Shown: in pieces, positions 48,591-57,179 of the stretch
How the letters are laid out: each line of letters starts with the position of its first letter
Numbering within the stretch: the stretch's first letter is position 1
Assembly (NCBI GenBank): GCA_016178045.1
Contig: JACOUE010000019.1
Location: 1,377 to 65,376, forward strand
Length of the DNA: 64,000 nucleotides
Direction: 5' to 3'
Source: Chloroflexota bacterium
GTDB lineage: Bacteria > Chloroflexota > Dehalococcoidia > SM23-28-2 > JACOUE01
Notes under the pieces: model-generated
The model's input: only the letters and a program-made list of their open reading frames with translations
What the model was told of the DNA's origin: nothing
The model's database searches: none
Program-made: the position numbers and the translations under genes

Positions 48591-48781
48591 CAGCGGCCGA
48601 TCTCCGGAACCGAGAGACTGCGGCAGATCTTGCGGGCGAGCTTGTTGGCGATGTCGGCATGACGGGGAACGGCCTCGATGGCGCCAGTGGCCGGGTTGCA
48701 CCAGAGGGAATGGCCGCCGCCCTCGCGTTTAAGGTAGCAGCCGTTCCTGCGCAGATATCGGAGCAGCGTGCTCCGCTTCAC
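48590..48781 (-). CDS. hicA: HicA-family mRNA interferase toxin
   Basis: The 63-aa protein reads LLRYLRRNGCYLKREGGGHSLWCNP. It overlaps hicB by 4 nt. Confidence 0.85.
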   Translation of the reverse strand: MKRSTLLRYLRRNGCYLKREGGGHSLWCNPATGAIEAVPRHADIANKLARKICRSLSVPEIGR

Positions 48782-48993
48782 TCGACGGTGATAGTCTCGC
48801 GTGAGGCCTGAGGGGGGACGCCACGGAGAGCATCCTCACGCCGGTCCTCAAGGATGAGGGCTACGGCCTGGGCCAGGCTGGCGCGCGCCTCTTCTTTAGT
48901 GCGCCCCTGGCCGTTGGCTCCCGGTATTTCGGGGCAGTAAGCAACATACCATTTGCCGTCGCGCTCGATGATAGCGGTGAACTCGTTCCGCAT
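48778..48993 (-). CDS. hicB: HicB-family antitoxin (short form)
   Basis: FTAIIERDGKWYVAYCPEIPGANGQGRTKEEARASLAQAVALIL. Confidence 0.8.
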   Translation of the reverse strand: MRNEFTAIIERDGKWYVAYCPEIPGANGQGRTKEEARASLAQAVALILEDRREDALRGVPPQASRETITVE

Positions 48994-49083
48994 AGCAGAT
49001 TCGTCGGGAACTTCAATGGCCTCAGGACGAATTTCCTATCACTGATACGGTACATCGAGTGGCTGCCCGCTGTCTAGTTGGGG

Positions 49084-49140
49084 CTAGAAGACGACCGGCC
49101 GGCGATCGCGGAAGGCGTAGTGCCGCGAACGGCGGTGAGG
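49084..49140 (-). repeat. Displaced copy B of the nrtR 3' end
   Basis: It would encode HRRSRHYAFRDRRPVVF*. A hand alignment gives ~74% nt identity to 49957-50013. Confidence 0.7.
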
Positions 49141-49151
49141 TCTAGTCCAAC

Positions 49152-49880
49152 CTACCGCAGCGGAACCGGCGTGGCGGTAATATCGCCCAGCGCGACCCCC
49201 TTGATCCGCTCCTCCAGAGATCGAGCGGTCTGCTCGACCTGTGAATCGACATCCTTGTCATCGTTTCTCACCTGGACTGTCCCCGCAAGCAGTCGGTCGA
49301 GCCTAAAGATGACGAGCGTGGTATGGCCCGTTGCATCACCCACGCTGAATCGATACCTCAAGCCTGTCGCCTCGTCGCCTAGACCGTCAATCGTAAACGT
49401 CTCGACGTTCTTCACGCTGAAGCCCTCCTGAGCCTCCTGACCTTCCAACCCCTGGATGTCATTCACCAGTCTGGCCAGCCAGGCCGATGCCGCGTCGGCG
49501 TCTCTGTACAGCTCCACCGCAGTGTCCGCCTCGACGGCTCCCTCGGCTTCCCCCAGCCGTGAGAAGTCACTGTAGGACAGCTCGTATCCGTTGATCCGCC
49601 CCGCCTCTGCGACGTCCGCTGCCGTGTCATTGGGGTCGGCCGTATCCTGAGCGGCGGCCTTGTTGTCCTGGAAGCCCGACTCCGACGGGCTGTTATCCAG
49701 CGGCAGGTCAGCGGCGTCGGGGCCAAGCTCCTCCTTGGGGAGGACCATGACGGCGAGCAGGCCGTTCGTTAGCGACTGGAGCGATTCCTCCAGCTCGTTC
49801 CCGCCGCCGCAGGCCGCGGCGATAGCTCCCAATGCGACCAACATCGTGCCGGCGAACATGAATGCGAACAGCGATCTCAT
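49152..49880 (-). CDS. Lipoprotein, unknown function
   Basis: ATG 49880 follows a GAGGAGGG RBS. The lipobox is GAIAAAC. GC is lower than in the flanks. Confidence 0.65.
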   Translation of the reverse strand: MRSLFAFMFAGTMLVALGAIAAACGGGNELEESLQSLTNGLLAVMVLPKEELGPDAADLPLDNSPSESGFQDNKAAAQDTADPNDTAADVAEAGRINGYELSYSDFSRLGEAEGAVEADTAVELYRDADAASAWLARLVNDIQGLEGQEAQEGFSVKNVETFTIDGLGDEATGLRYRFSVGDATGHTTLVIFRLDRLLAGTVQVRNDDKDVDSQVEQTARSLEERIKGVALGDITATPVPLR

Positions 49881-49956
49881 ATCGGCCCTCCTCGACAACT
49901 CGCCCGAGACAATTGCGGGCATTGTATCACCGGCGCTAGTTAGGCGATAGTGCGGC

Positions 49957-50634
49957 TCAGAAGACGATCGGCTTGCGCTCCCGGAAGGCGTAGAGCTGGG
50001 CTGGGCGGTGGGCGCCCTCTGCCGCCACTCGGCCCGTGGCCACGATGATCCCCAGGGAGAGCATCCGCTTGCGGAAGTTGCGCTTGTCCAGGGGCCGGCC
50101 CAGGATCGCCTCGTAGACGCGCTGGAGCTGGCTGAGGGTGAAGTACTCCGGCAGGAGCGAGTAGGCCACGTTGCTGTAGTCGAGCTTAGCGCGGAGGCGC
50201 TCGCGGGCGTAGTCGATGACGCCGTTGTTCTCGAAGGCGAGGCCCGGCAGGCTCTCGATGCTGAACCAGCCGGGCGGCCAGGCCCGGCGGCGGGCCAGCT
50301 TCGCCCGCCGGCTGTTGACCAGGGCGAAGTAGGAGACGGCCACGCTGCCCCGGCCGTCCAGGTCCGAGAAAGTGTAGAGCTGCTCCAGGTAGACGTCCGT
50401 CACCCCCGTCTCCTCCTGGAGCTTGCGGGCGGCGGCGGCGTCCAGCGACTCCTCCGGGGCGAGGAGACCGCCGGGCAGCGACCAGTAGTCCCTGAAAGGC
50501 TCGGCGCTGCGGCGGATCAGGAGGACGCGGAGGTCGTCCGCCTCCACGGTGAAGATGACCACGAGGACGGCCACGTCCGGGGACGGCCGCCGGACGGCAC
50601 TGGTAGAATGCTTGTCCTCGGCGGGATCAGCCAC
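49957..50634 (-). CDS. nrtR: NrtR-family Nudix-related transcriptional regulator
   Basis: It has a Nudix box (GGLLAPEESLDAAAARKLQEETG) and a C-terminal winged helix (LSQLQRVYEAILGRPLDKRNFRKRM). It lies near nadA and nadB. Confidence 0.85.
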   Translation of the reverse strand: MADPAEDKHSTSAVRRPSPDVAVLVVIFTVEADDLRVLLIRRSAEPFRDYWSLPGGLLAPEESLDAAAARKLQEETGVTDVYLEQLYTFSDLDGRGSVAVSYFALVNSRRAKLARRRAWPPGWFSIESLPGLAFENNGVIDYARERLRAKLDYSNVAYSLLPEYFTLSQLQRVYEAILGRPLDKRNFRKRMLSLGIIVATGRVAAEGAHRPAQLYAFRERKPIVF

Positions 50635-50643
50635 GGTATCGCG

Positions 50644-51936
50644 CTAGACGGCGGCGGGCTCGCGCACCGCCACCTGCGTCCCCTGGAGCGACCAGGGGCT
50701 CGTCTTCTCGATGCGGACGTCGACGAGGTGGCCCGGCTGCGCCCCGCCGCGGAAGTGGACGAGCTTGTTGGTGCGGGTGCGGCCGTTGAGCCGGCCGCCC
50801 TTCTCCCCCTCCACCAGTACGTCCTGGACGGAGCCGAGCAGGCCGACGTTGATCTCGGCGGCGATGCGCTCCTGCACCTCCTCCAGGGCGTGGAGGCGGC
50901 GCATCTTCTCCTGCTGGGGCACGTCCTCTCCCATCGTCCGCCAGGCGATGGTGCCCGGCCGCGGCGAGTAGGCCGCCACGTGCACCTTGTCGAAGCGCAG
51001 CTCCTCCAGCAAGTCCAGCGTCTTCTGGAACTGGGCCTCCGTCTCCCCGCAGAAGCCGACGATGACGTCGGTGCTGATGGAGCAGCCGGGCACGATCTCG
51101 CGGATGCGGTGCACCCACTCCACGTACTCCTCGACGGTGTAACCGCGGCGCATGCTCGCCAGCACCTCGTTGTCGGCGGCCTGAACGGGGATGTTGAAGT
51201 ACTCGCACACCTTGGGCAGCTCCGCCACGGAGCGGATGATGTGCTCGGTCATGTCCTTCGGGTACGACGTGAGGAAGCGGATGCGCTCCAGGCCGGGCGT
51301 GTCGTGGACGGCGGCGAAGAGGTCGCCCAGGTCCGGGCGGCCCGGAAGGTCCTTGCCGTACGCCTCGACGGTCTGGCCCAGGAGGGTGACCTGCTTCACC
51401 CCGCGCGAGGCGTGGGCGGCGACCTCGCGGGCAATGTCCACGATGGTGCGGGAGCGCTCGCGGCCGCGCCGGTAGGGGACGATGCAGTAGGTGCAGAACT
51501 TGTTGCAGCCGTGGATGACGGGGACGAAGGCCGTGGGGCCCTTCGGCTCCGGGAAGGTCTGGGGCCAGAACTCGCCGCCCAGGTCGTCGTCGGGGACCAG
51601 GGCCCGCAGGATGACGTCGAAGGCCTGGGGCCGCGCCCACACGTCGACGTAGGGGAAGCGGGCGCGGAGGTCGTCGGTGCGGGGGCCGACGAGGCAGCCC
51701 ATAACGGCGATGCGGTATTCGCCGTCGCGGCCGTCCTTGATGCGGCGGAGGTGCCCCAGGTAGCTGACGGCGCGGTCCTCCGCCTTCTGGCGGACGACGC
51801 AGGTGTTGACGACGGCGAGGTCGGCCTCCTCCGGCTTGGGGGCCGGCTCCCAGCCCAGCCTGGCGAGGCCGGCGGCCAGCTTCTCGGAGTCCGCCTCGTT
51901 CATCTGGCACCCTTCAGTCCAGATGTGGTACCTCAT
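50644..51936 (-). CDS. miaB: tRNA-i6A37 methylthiotransferase MiaB
   Basis: YHIWTEGCQMNEADSE...GCNKFCTYCIVP (radical SAM CxxxCxxC), followed by a C-terminal TRAM domain. Confidence 0.93.
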   Translation of the reverse strand: MRYHIWTEGCQMNEADSEKLAAGLARLGWEPAPKPEEADLAVVNTCVVRQKAEDRAVSYLGHLRRIKDGRDGEYRIAVMGCLVGPRTDDLRARFPYVDVWARPQAFDVILRALVPDDDLGGEFWPQTFPEPKGPTAFVPVIHGCNKFCTYCIVPYRRGRERSRTIVDIAREVAAHASRGVKQVTLLGQTVEAYGKDLPGRPDLGDLFAAVHDTPGLERIRFLTSYPKDMTEHIIRSVAELPKVCEYFNIPVQAADNEVLASMRRGYTVEEYVEWVHRIREIVPGCSISTDVIVGFCGETEAQFQKTLDLLEELRFDKVHVAAYSPRPGTIAWRTMGEDVPQQEKMRRLHALEEVQERIAAEINVGLLGSVQDVLVEGEKGGRLNGRTRTNKLVHFRGGAQPGHLVDVRIEKTSPWSLQGTQVAVREPAAV

Positions 51937-52021
51937 GACGGGTTCGATTCTAGCATCGCGGCCCGAGCCAGTTCAAACGAGCGGGCGTACCGTCGGAGGG
52001 GTTAGCGTATACTGGACGGCG

Positions 52022-52735
52022 ATGGAAGAGGAGGCCACGCCCGCCCCAGCCCCCCAACCGGCGGAAGTAGCGGAGGAGGAAGCCCGCAGCGAACGGCGTC
52101 GGCGCCCCCGGATCAAGGAACGGCTTCCCGGCCGTCTGCGCGCGGTGCCGACCCCCGTGCTGTTAGGCACCGCCGCGGCGGTCATCTTCGTCATCGCGGC
52201 GCTGGTGAGCGTGCTGCCCCTGGTCCTGGGCGTGAGCCAGGAGGACCTGGAGAACCTGGGCTACCCGGGCGTCTTCATCGCCAACTTCCTGGGGACGGCG
52301 ACGCTGTTCTTCCCCGTGCCAGGGCTCACGGCTGGCGGCCAGCTGCTCATCGTGACCCTGGCCGACTCGCTGAACCCGGTGGCGGTCGCGCTGCTGGGCG
52401 GGGCGGGGATGGCGGTGGCGGAGGTCACAGCCTACGCCGCCGGGCGAGGCCTGCGTGAGCTGAGCGCCGAGCGAAAGATGCCCGTCCGCGGTCGCATCGG
52501 CCGCTGGCTGCGGGGGGCGGCGGGGCTGGTCGACCGCCTGATGATGCGGTACGGCGTGCCCACGCTGCTGGTCCTGGCGGCGGTGCCGAACCCGTTCTTC
52601 GAGTTTGCCGGGATAACGGCGGGGGCGGTACGGATGGCGTTCTGGCGGTTCTTCGTGCCGGTGGCGGTGGGGAAGGTATCGCGGGCTTTTCTGCTGGCGT
52701 TTATCGGGAAGCGGTTCCTGGACCTGTTCACGTAG
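52022..52735 (+). CDS. VTT/DedA-like (YqaA-type) membrane protein
   Basis: The start is ATG 52022. A charged N-terminus is followed by about 5 TM segments, including LFFPVPG... Confidence 0.6.
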   Translation: MEEEATPAPAPQPAEVAEEEARSERRRRPRIKERLPGRLRAVPTPVLLGTAAAVIFVIAALVSVLPLVLGVSQEDLENLGYPGVFIANFLGTATLFFPVPGLTAGGQLLIVTLADSLNPVAVALLGGAGMAVAEVTAYAAGRGLRELSAERKMPVRGRIGRWLRGAAGLVDRLMMRYGVPTLLVLAAVPNPFFEFAGITAGAVRMAFWRFFVPVAVGKVSRAFLLAFIGKRFLDLFT

Positions 52736-52744
52736 GTCTGCAAC

Positions 52745-52836
52745 TGGCGGAGGGAGTGGGATTCGAACCCACGACCCCGATTACTCGGGGTACCCGCTTA
52801 GCAGGCGGGCGCACTCGGCCACTATGCGATCCCTCC
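52745..52836 (-). tRNA. tRNA-Ser (anticodon GCU), CCA encoded
   Basis: Hand-folded. The acceptor is GGAGGGA/TCCCTCC and the anticodon loop is CTGCTAA. It has a long variable arm and the T-arm GTGGGTTCGAATCCCAC. Confidence 0.9.
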
Positions 52837-52903
52837 GCGGCGGCCGATTGTAGTATAGCAAAACCAGGCCGGGGACAGAGATAAGGACGTCGGCGGAGGC
52901 GGC

Positions 52904-53386
52904 CTAGCCGGCGGCCGTGTCGACCATCTCGACCGGCTCGAAGATGCGCTTCTTCAGCGCCTCCCGCGGCGGGTCGATATAGATAGCGCTCCAGCCGCAG
53001 GCCTGCTCACAGAGGCGGCAGCCGGTGCAGCGCTTCTCGATCACCTCGGCCACGCCGAAGAAGTCGCCCACGCGCTCGCCGCTGGTGTTGAGGAACAGGG
53101 CATCGAAGGGGCAGATGTGGATGCAGAGCTCGCAGCCGGAGCCGATGCAGTTGTCCTCAATGACGATGGCCTTCGGCCATTCACGGCGGGGGAAGCCTTT
53201 GCAGATGTCGCCCTCTTCGTCGGCGATGCACTCAACCGGGCAGACGACGCCGCAGGCCCCGCAGTCGATGCAAAGGTCGGGGTCGATGATGTGGATCTTG
53301 TTGCGCTCGCCGGTGATGGCGTCGGTGGGGCAGCGTTTCACGCAGGCCGTACAGCCGATGCACCAGTCGAGGATCTTGTAGCCCAA
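52904..53386 (-). CDS. Poly-ferredoxin (multiple 4Fe-4S clusters)
   Basis: It carries four CxxCxxCxxxCP-type motifs. Confidence 0.85.
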   Translation of the reverse strand: MGYKILDWCIGCTACVKRCPTDAITGERNKIHIIDPDLCIDCGACGVVCPVECIADEEGDICKGFPRREWPKAIVIEDNCIGSGCELCIHICPFDALFLNTSGERVGDFFGVAEVIEKRCTGCRLCEQACGWSAIYIDPPREALKKRIFEPVEMVDTAAG

Positions 53387-53471
53387 GCTTTCCGCCTCCT
53401 GAATCCGGCGCCTCGCGCCAAGGCCTAGTCTATCACACGAGGGCCTAAATGCAATGTTTCACAAGTGTAAG

Positions 53472-54205
53472 CTTACCCAACCCGGAGCCCACGCTCCCGC
53501 AGGACGCGCTCGGTCACGGCGCCGATCTCCGCCGGGCTGTCTACGATCGTCGCGCCGGCCGCGGCCAGCGCTGCCTTCTTGGCCGGCGCGGTGCCCGGCG
53601 GCGGTGTCGGGGTCCTCGTTGAAGAGGCGGAGCGCCTCCACCGGCGTCGTCCCCACCACCGGGTCGCCGCCCATGCCCACGCAGGTGCTCTGGCCGATGC
53701 CCCTCGCCGTCAGCTGGGCGACCGCCTCGTAGACGAGGGTGCCGCTGCGCGATATCACCCCCACCTTCCCGGGCGAGAAGACGTCGCCGGGCATGATCCC
53801 CACCCGGCATTGGCCGGGGGTGATGATGCCCGGGCAGTTGGGGCCGATGAGCCGTATGCCGCTCCCCTCCAGGTAGCGGCGCACCCGCACCATGTCCAGC
53901 GTGGGGATGCCCTCGGTAATGCAGACGATGAGGGGCACCTCGGCGTGGGCCGCCTCCAGCACGGCGTCGGCGGCGAAGGGAGCGGGAACGAAGACGAGTG
54001 AGCAGTCGGCGGCGGTCTCGGCCACGGCCTGCTTCACGGTGTCGAACACGGGGACGCCCTCGGCCGTCTCGCCGCCGCGGCCGGGGGTGACGCCGGCGAC
54101 GACCTTGGTGCCGTACTCGATGCAGCGGCGGGCCTGGAAGGAGCCCTCGCGGCCGGTGATCCCCTGGACGACGACGCGAGTCGATGCGTTGACGAGAATC
54201 GACAC
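53472..54205 (-). pseudogene. sucD: Succinyl-CoA synthetase alpha subunit with a ~55-codon internal deletion plus frameshift
   Basis: The N-terminus is intact to ...LFNEDPDT. The true C-terminus [25 protein letters not shown]...* is in another frame. The segment IGEIGG...GHAGA (phosphohistidine loop) is absent. Confidence 0.75.
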
Positions 54206-54208
54206 CGC

Positions 54209-55219
54209 TCAGCGTCTCTGTTTCCACCGGCGGGCGCGGCTGGCGGGCACCAGCTGGCCGGCGTGGCGCGACTCGTGGGAGGTGAACATTTCGATGTAAG
54301 GCACTATCGGCAGGGTGCTGCCGTCAGACATCTGGAGGGGGACGTCCAGGTGTTCGGGCCGCAGACGGCTGAGCATGCGCAGTGTCTGGTACCGGTTGAC
54401 GGCCATCTCGTCCGCGAGCTCGCGGAGCGAGCGGCCGCGCCGCGCTTCGACCTGCTGCTGGTTCCAGCGGTCCACGTCCACGATTGCCTTGAGCTCGGCG
54501 GGGTCGCCCTCGCCCAGCAGGTAGCGGAGCCGGGCGTGGGGCCGCAGCTCGTTGGAGACGACGTGGGCGAGGAGGTCTCGGTACGACCAGCCCCGACAGG
54601 GGCTCGGCTCGTCCCAGGCGTCTTCGGCGACGGAGTAGACGGCGCGCAGGAACCCTTCCCGGCAGCGCCACATCGCCCGGAACGTGGCCTCGATCTCTGG
54701 CAGGAAGGCGAGAGGCTCCGGGCGCCAGCCGGCTTCCAGGGCCCGGCGGATGTCGTCGCCGTGCGAGCGGTCGTGGTAGCCAGACCAGAGCCAGTCCTCC
54801 ACGGTCAGCTCGTATTCGGGCCCCATGGGGACAGGCAGCGCCAGCGTCGCGAGGTGCTTGCGAGTCAGCCGCCGCATCGTCTCGAACATGGCGTCATGGG
54901 AGACGAACAGCATCTGGCGGAGGTCGGCGGGCGAGAGCCGCGCCCGCTCCTCCACCTGGCTGGCGTTAAGCGGTCGCCGGTCGAAGGTCCTGGCGGTGCC
55001 GGCGATGAACTCGGGCGTGAGGATGCCAGCCAGGATGAGGCCGGCCCCGCCGGGGCTGAGGTCGCCCACCAGGTGCGCCACCATGTCCTTGACCGTCCAC
55101 TCTCCGTAGGGGACCGGACGCGACCAGTCGGCGTCGGAGAGGGAGTCGACCAGGCGGAGGAGGTCGCGGTGGGCGGCCTTGGTTTCGCGGATGGCGGCGG
55201 TGACGACGGCAAGGGCCAT
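54209..55219 (-). CDS. Tandem DinB-like / mycothiol-dependent maleylpyruvate-isomerase-N-like domain protein
   Basis: Two repeats carry the W..KD(L)(V/L)AH(L/V)V pattern (GEWTVKDMVAHLVGDL, RGWSYRDLLAHVVSNE). Confidence 0.65.
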   Translation of the reverse strand: MALAVVTAAIRETKAAHRDLLRLVDSLSDADWSRPVPYGEWTVKDMVAHLVGDLSPGGAGLILAGILTPEFIAGTARTFDRRPLNASQVEERARLSPADLRQMLFVSHDAMFETMRRLTRKHLATLALPVPMGPEYELTVEDWLWSGYHDRSHGDDIRRALEAGWRPEPLAFLPEIEATFRAMWRCREGFLRAVYSVAEDAWDEPSPCRGWSYRDLLAHVVSNELRPHARLRYLLGEGDPAELKAIVDVDRWNQQQVEARRGRSLRELADEMAVNRYQTLRMLSRLRPEHLDVPLQMSDGSTLPIVPYIEMFTSHESRHAGQLVPASRARRWKQRR

Positions 55220-55221
55220 GG

Positions 55222-55773
55222 TTAATCCTGGCCCATGATACGACGGCGGAGAAGGATGGCGGAAGCGAGGGCGAGCGCTATTCCGCCGAGGGCGGACCCG
55301 AGGACGATGCTCGGCCAGGGGACGTCGCCGTCACCGGTCGGGGTGCCCAGGCCGGTGACCGCCACGACTTCGTCCAGGAACCGCTGGTCGCCCTCCTCGC
55401 CGGCGAGGTGGGTGGAGCCGTCGCAGATGTTGGTGCGGTACCGGCCCACGCCGGCTTGCAGGAAGAGCAGGTACGGCTCGCCCAGGGAGTCGCGCTCCAG
55501 GAAGCCGCAGTCTGCCTCGCCGACGGGATCGTCCACGGTGATCTCGACCGGGCCGTCCCCTTTTAGGTAGCGCTGGACGACGACTATGGCGTCGACGCCG
55601 CCTCTCTCTTCGTCGAGGAGGCGCACCACCTTACCGGTAGCGACGATGTCGGCGCCGGCGACGAGTTCGGCGGCAGTCGAGGCCGCGCAGGAGCAGGCGT
55701 AGGCGGGGGGTACGGGCCCGAGGGTTAGCCCGGCGATGACCAAGACGGCCGCCGGGATAAGAAACCGATTCAC
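55222..55773 (-). CDS. Secreted, C-terminally anchored protein with N-terminal CSC motif (TIMP-like OB fold?)
   Basis: The signal peptide ends at AYA|CSCA. A C-terminal TM segment is present. The family call is tentative. Confidence 0.5.
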   Translation of the reverse strand: MNRFLIPAAVLVIAGLTLGPVPPAYACSCAASTAAELVAGADIVATGKVVRLLDEERGGVDAIVVVQRYLKGDGPVEITVDDPVGEADCGFLERDSLGEPYLLFLQAGVGRYRTNICDGSTHLAGEEGDQRFLDEVVAVTGLGTPTGDGDVPWPSIVLGSALGGIALALASAILLRRRIMGQD

Positions 55774-55824
55774 GTCGAGGCACCTGGTCTGTTCATAGGA
55801 CGACAGGAACCGCCAGGAAATTCG

Positions 55825-56997
55825 CTATTTTCCTCCGTCGCCCGCCGCCTCCACCGCCTTGCCCGCCGCCTCGCCCAGGTCGGCGGCCCGGACCAGGGGC
55901 AGCGACGACCCCGCCAGGATGCGCTCCGCCTCCTCCAGGTTCGTCCCGGCCAGCCGCACCACCACCGGCACGCGCACCGTCACCTCCTTGTGCGCGTCGA
56001 TGATCCCCTGGGCGATGACGTCGGTGCGCGCCATGCCGCCGAAGATGTTGATGAGGACGGCCCGCACGTCGCGGTCGGCGGCGAGGATGCGGAAGGCGTT
56101 GACCACGCGGTCGAGGCTGTTGACGGTACCGATGTCGAGGAAGTTGGCGGGCTCGCCGCCGGCCAGCTTGATGGCGTCCATCGTGGCCATGGCCAGCCCC
56201 GCCCCGTTCACCACGCAGCCGATGTTGCCTGTGAGCTTGACGTAATTGTTGATGCCCAGCTCCTGGGCCTGCACCTCCAGCGGGTCCTCCTCGTCGATGT
56301 CACGCAGGGCGGCGTCGTCGACGTGGCGGAAGAGGGCGTTGTCGTCGAAGTTGAGCTTGGCGTCGGCGGCGAGGAGGCGGCCGTCCTCGGTCACCACCAT
56401 CGGGTTGATCTCGGCGAGCGAGCAGTCCTTCTCGACGAAGGCCGTGTAGAGGCCGCTCATCGTCTGCACCGCCGGTCGCAGGAGGTCGCCGTCGAGGCCG
56501 ATGGCCAGGGCCAGCTCCCGGCCCATGAACGGCTGAAAGCCGATGGCCGGGTCGACGGCCAGGCGGTGGATGCGCTCGGGCGACTTCGCCGCCACCTCCT
56601 CGATGTCGACGCCGCCGGCGTCGGAGGCCATGATCGCCGGCCGCCCGACGGAGTTGTCGATGATGACGGCCAGGTATAGCTCGCGGGCCGGCTTCAGGGC
56701 CTCCTCCACCAGCACCCGCTTCACGACGCGCCCCTCCGGCCCCGTCTGCGGTGTCACCAGGGTCATGCCGATGATGCTGCGGCCGGCTTCCTCCGCCTGC
56801 GCCGGTGTGCCGGCCAGCTTGATGCCGCCGCCCTTGCCGCGGCCGCCGGCGTGGATCTGCGCCTTCACCGCCACGGGCACGCCCAGTTCTTGGGCGACGG
56901 CCCGCGCCTCCTCCGCCGTGGAGGCCACGCGGCCGCGCGGCACGGGCACCCCGTACGAGGCGAGGAGGTGCTTGGCCTGGAACTCGTGGACCTTCAT
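55825..56997 (-). CDS. sucC: Succinyl-CoA synthetase beta subunit
   Basis: MKVHEFQAKHLLASYGVPVP...VKAQIHAGGRGKGGGIK... Confidence 0.95.
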   Translation of the reverse strand: MKVHEFQAKHLLASYGVPVPRGRVASTAEEARAVAQELGVPVAVKAQIHAGGRGKGGGIKLAGTPAQAEEAGRSIIGMTLVTPQTGPEGRVVKRVLVEEALKPARELYLAVIIDNSVGRPAIMASDAGGVDIEEVAAKSPERIHRLAVDPAIGFQPFMGRELALAIGLDGDLLRPAVQTMSGLYTAFVEKDCSLAEINPMVVTEDGRLLAADAKLNFDDNALFRHVDDAALRDIDEEDPLEVQAQELGINNYVKLTGNIGCVVNGAGLAMATMDAIKLAGGEPANFLDIGTVNSLDRVVNAFRILAADRDVRAVLINIFGGMARTDVIAQGIIDAHKEVTVRVPVVVRLAGTNLEEAERILAGSSLPLVRAADLGEAAGKAVEAAGDGGK

Positions 56998-57022
56998 CTG
57001 GCGATGGGCGGTGGACTATCGC

Positions 57023-57112
57023 TGGCGGAGGGGGAGGGATTCGAACCCCCGGTCCGACAAGTCGGACAGCGGTTTTCAAGACCGCCGCATTCAACCACTC
57101 TGCCACCCCTCC
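57023..57112 (-). tRNA. tRNA-Ser (anticodon UGA), CCA encoded
   Basis: Hand-folded. The acceptor is GGAGGGG/CCCCTCC and the D-arm is GCAGAGTGGTTGAATGC. The anticodon loop is CTTGAAA. It has a long variable arm and the T-arm GGGGGTTCGAATCCCTC. Confidence 0.9.
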
Positions 57113-57179
57113 GGCGACTATGTTATCAGGGCCGGGATGGCTCGGCATCCTGTCACACGTAGGACATCGGTCAGCCAAA

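Noticed and set aside
48531-50015. A classical integron interpretation of the cassette-like array.
   Set aside because: No intI gene or Pc/attI is visible. The repeats are direct copies of a protein-coding 3' end rather than imperfect-palindrome attC sites.
57071-57085. The anticodon loop read on the plus strand gives TTTCAAG (anticodon UCA), suggesting tRNA-Sec.
   Set aside because: Canonical D-arm, T-arm (GGTTCGAATCC), acceptor pairing and the encoded CCA exist only for the minus-strand reading. That reading gives anticodon UGA (Ser).
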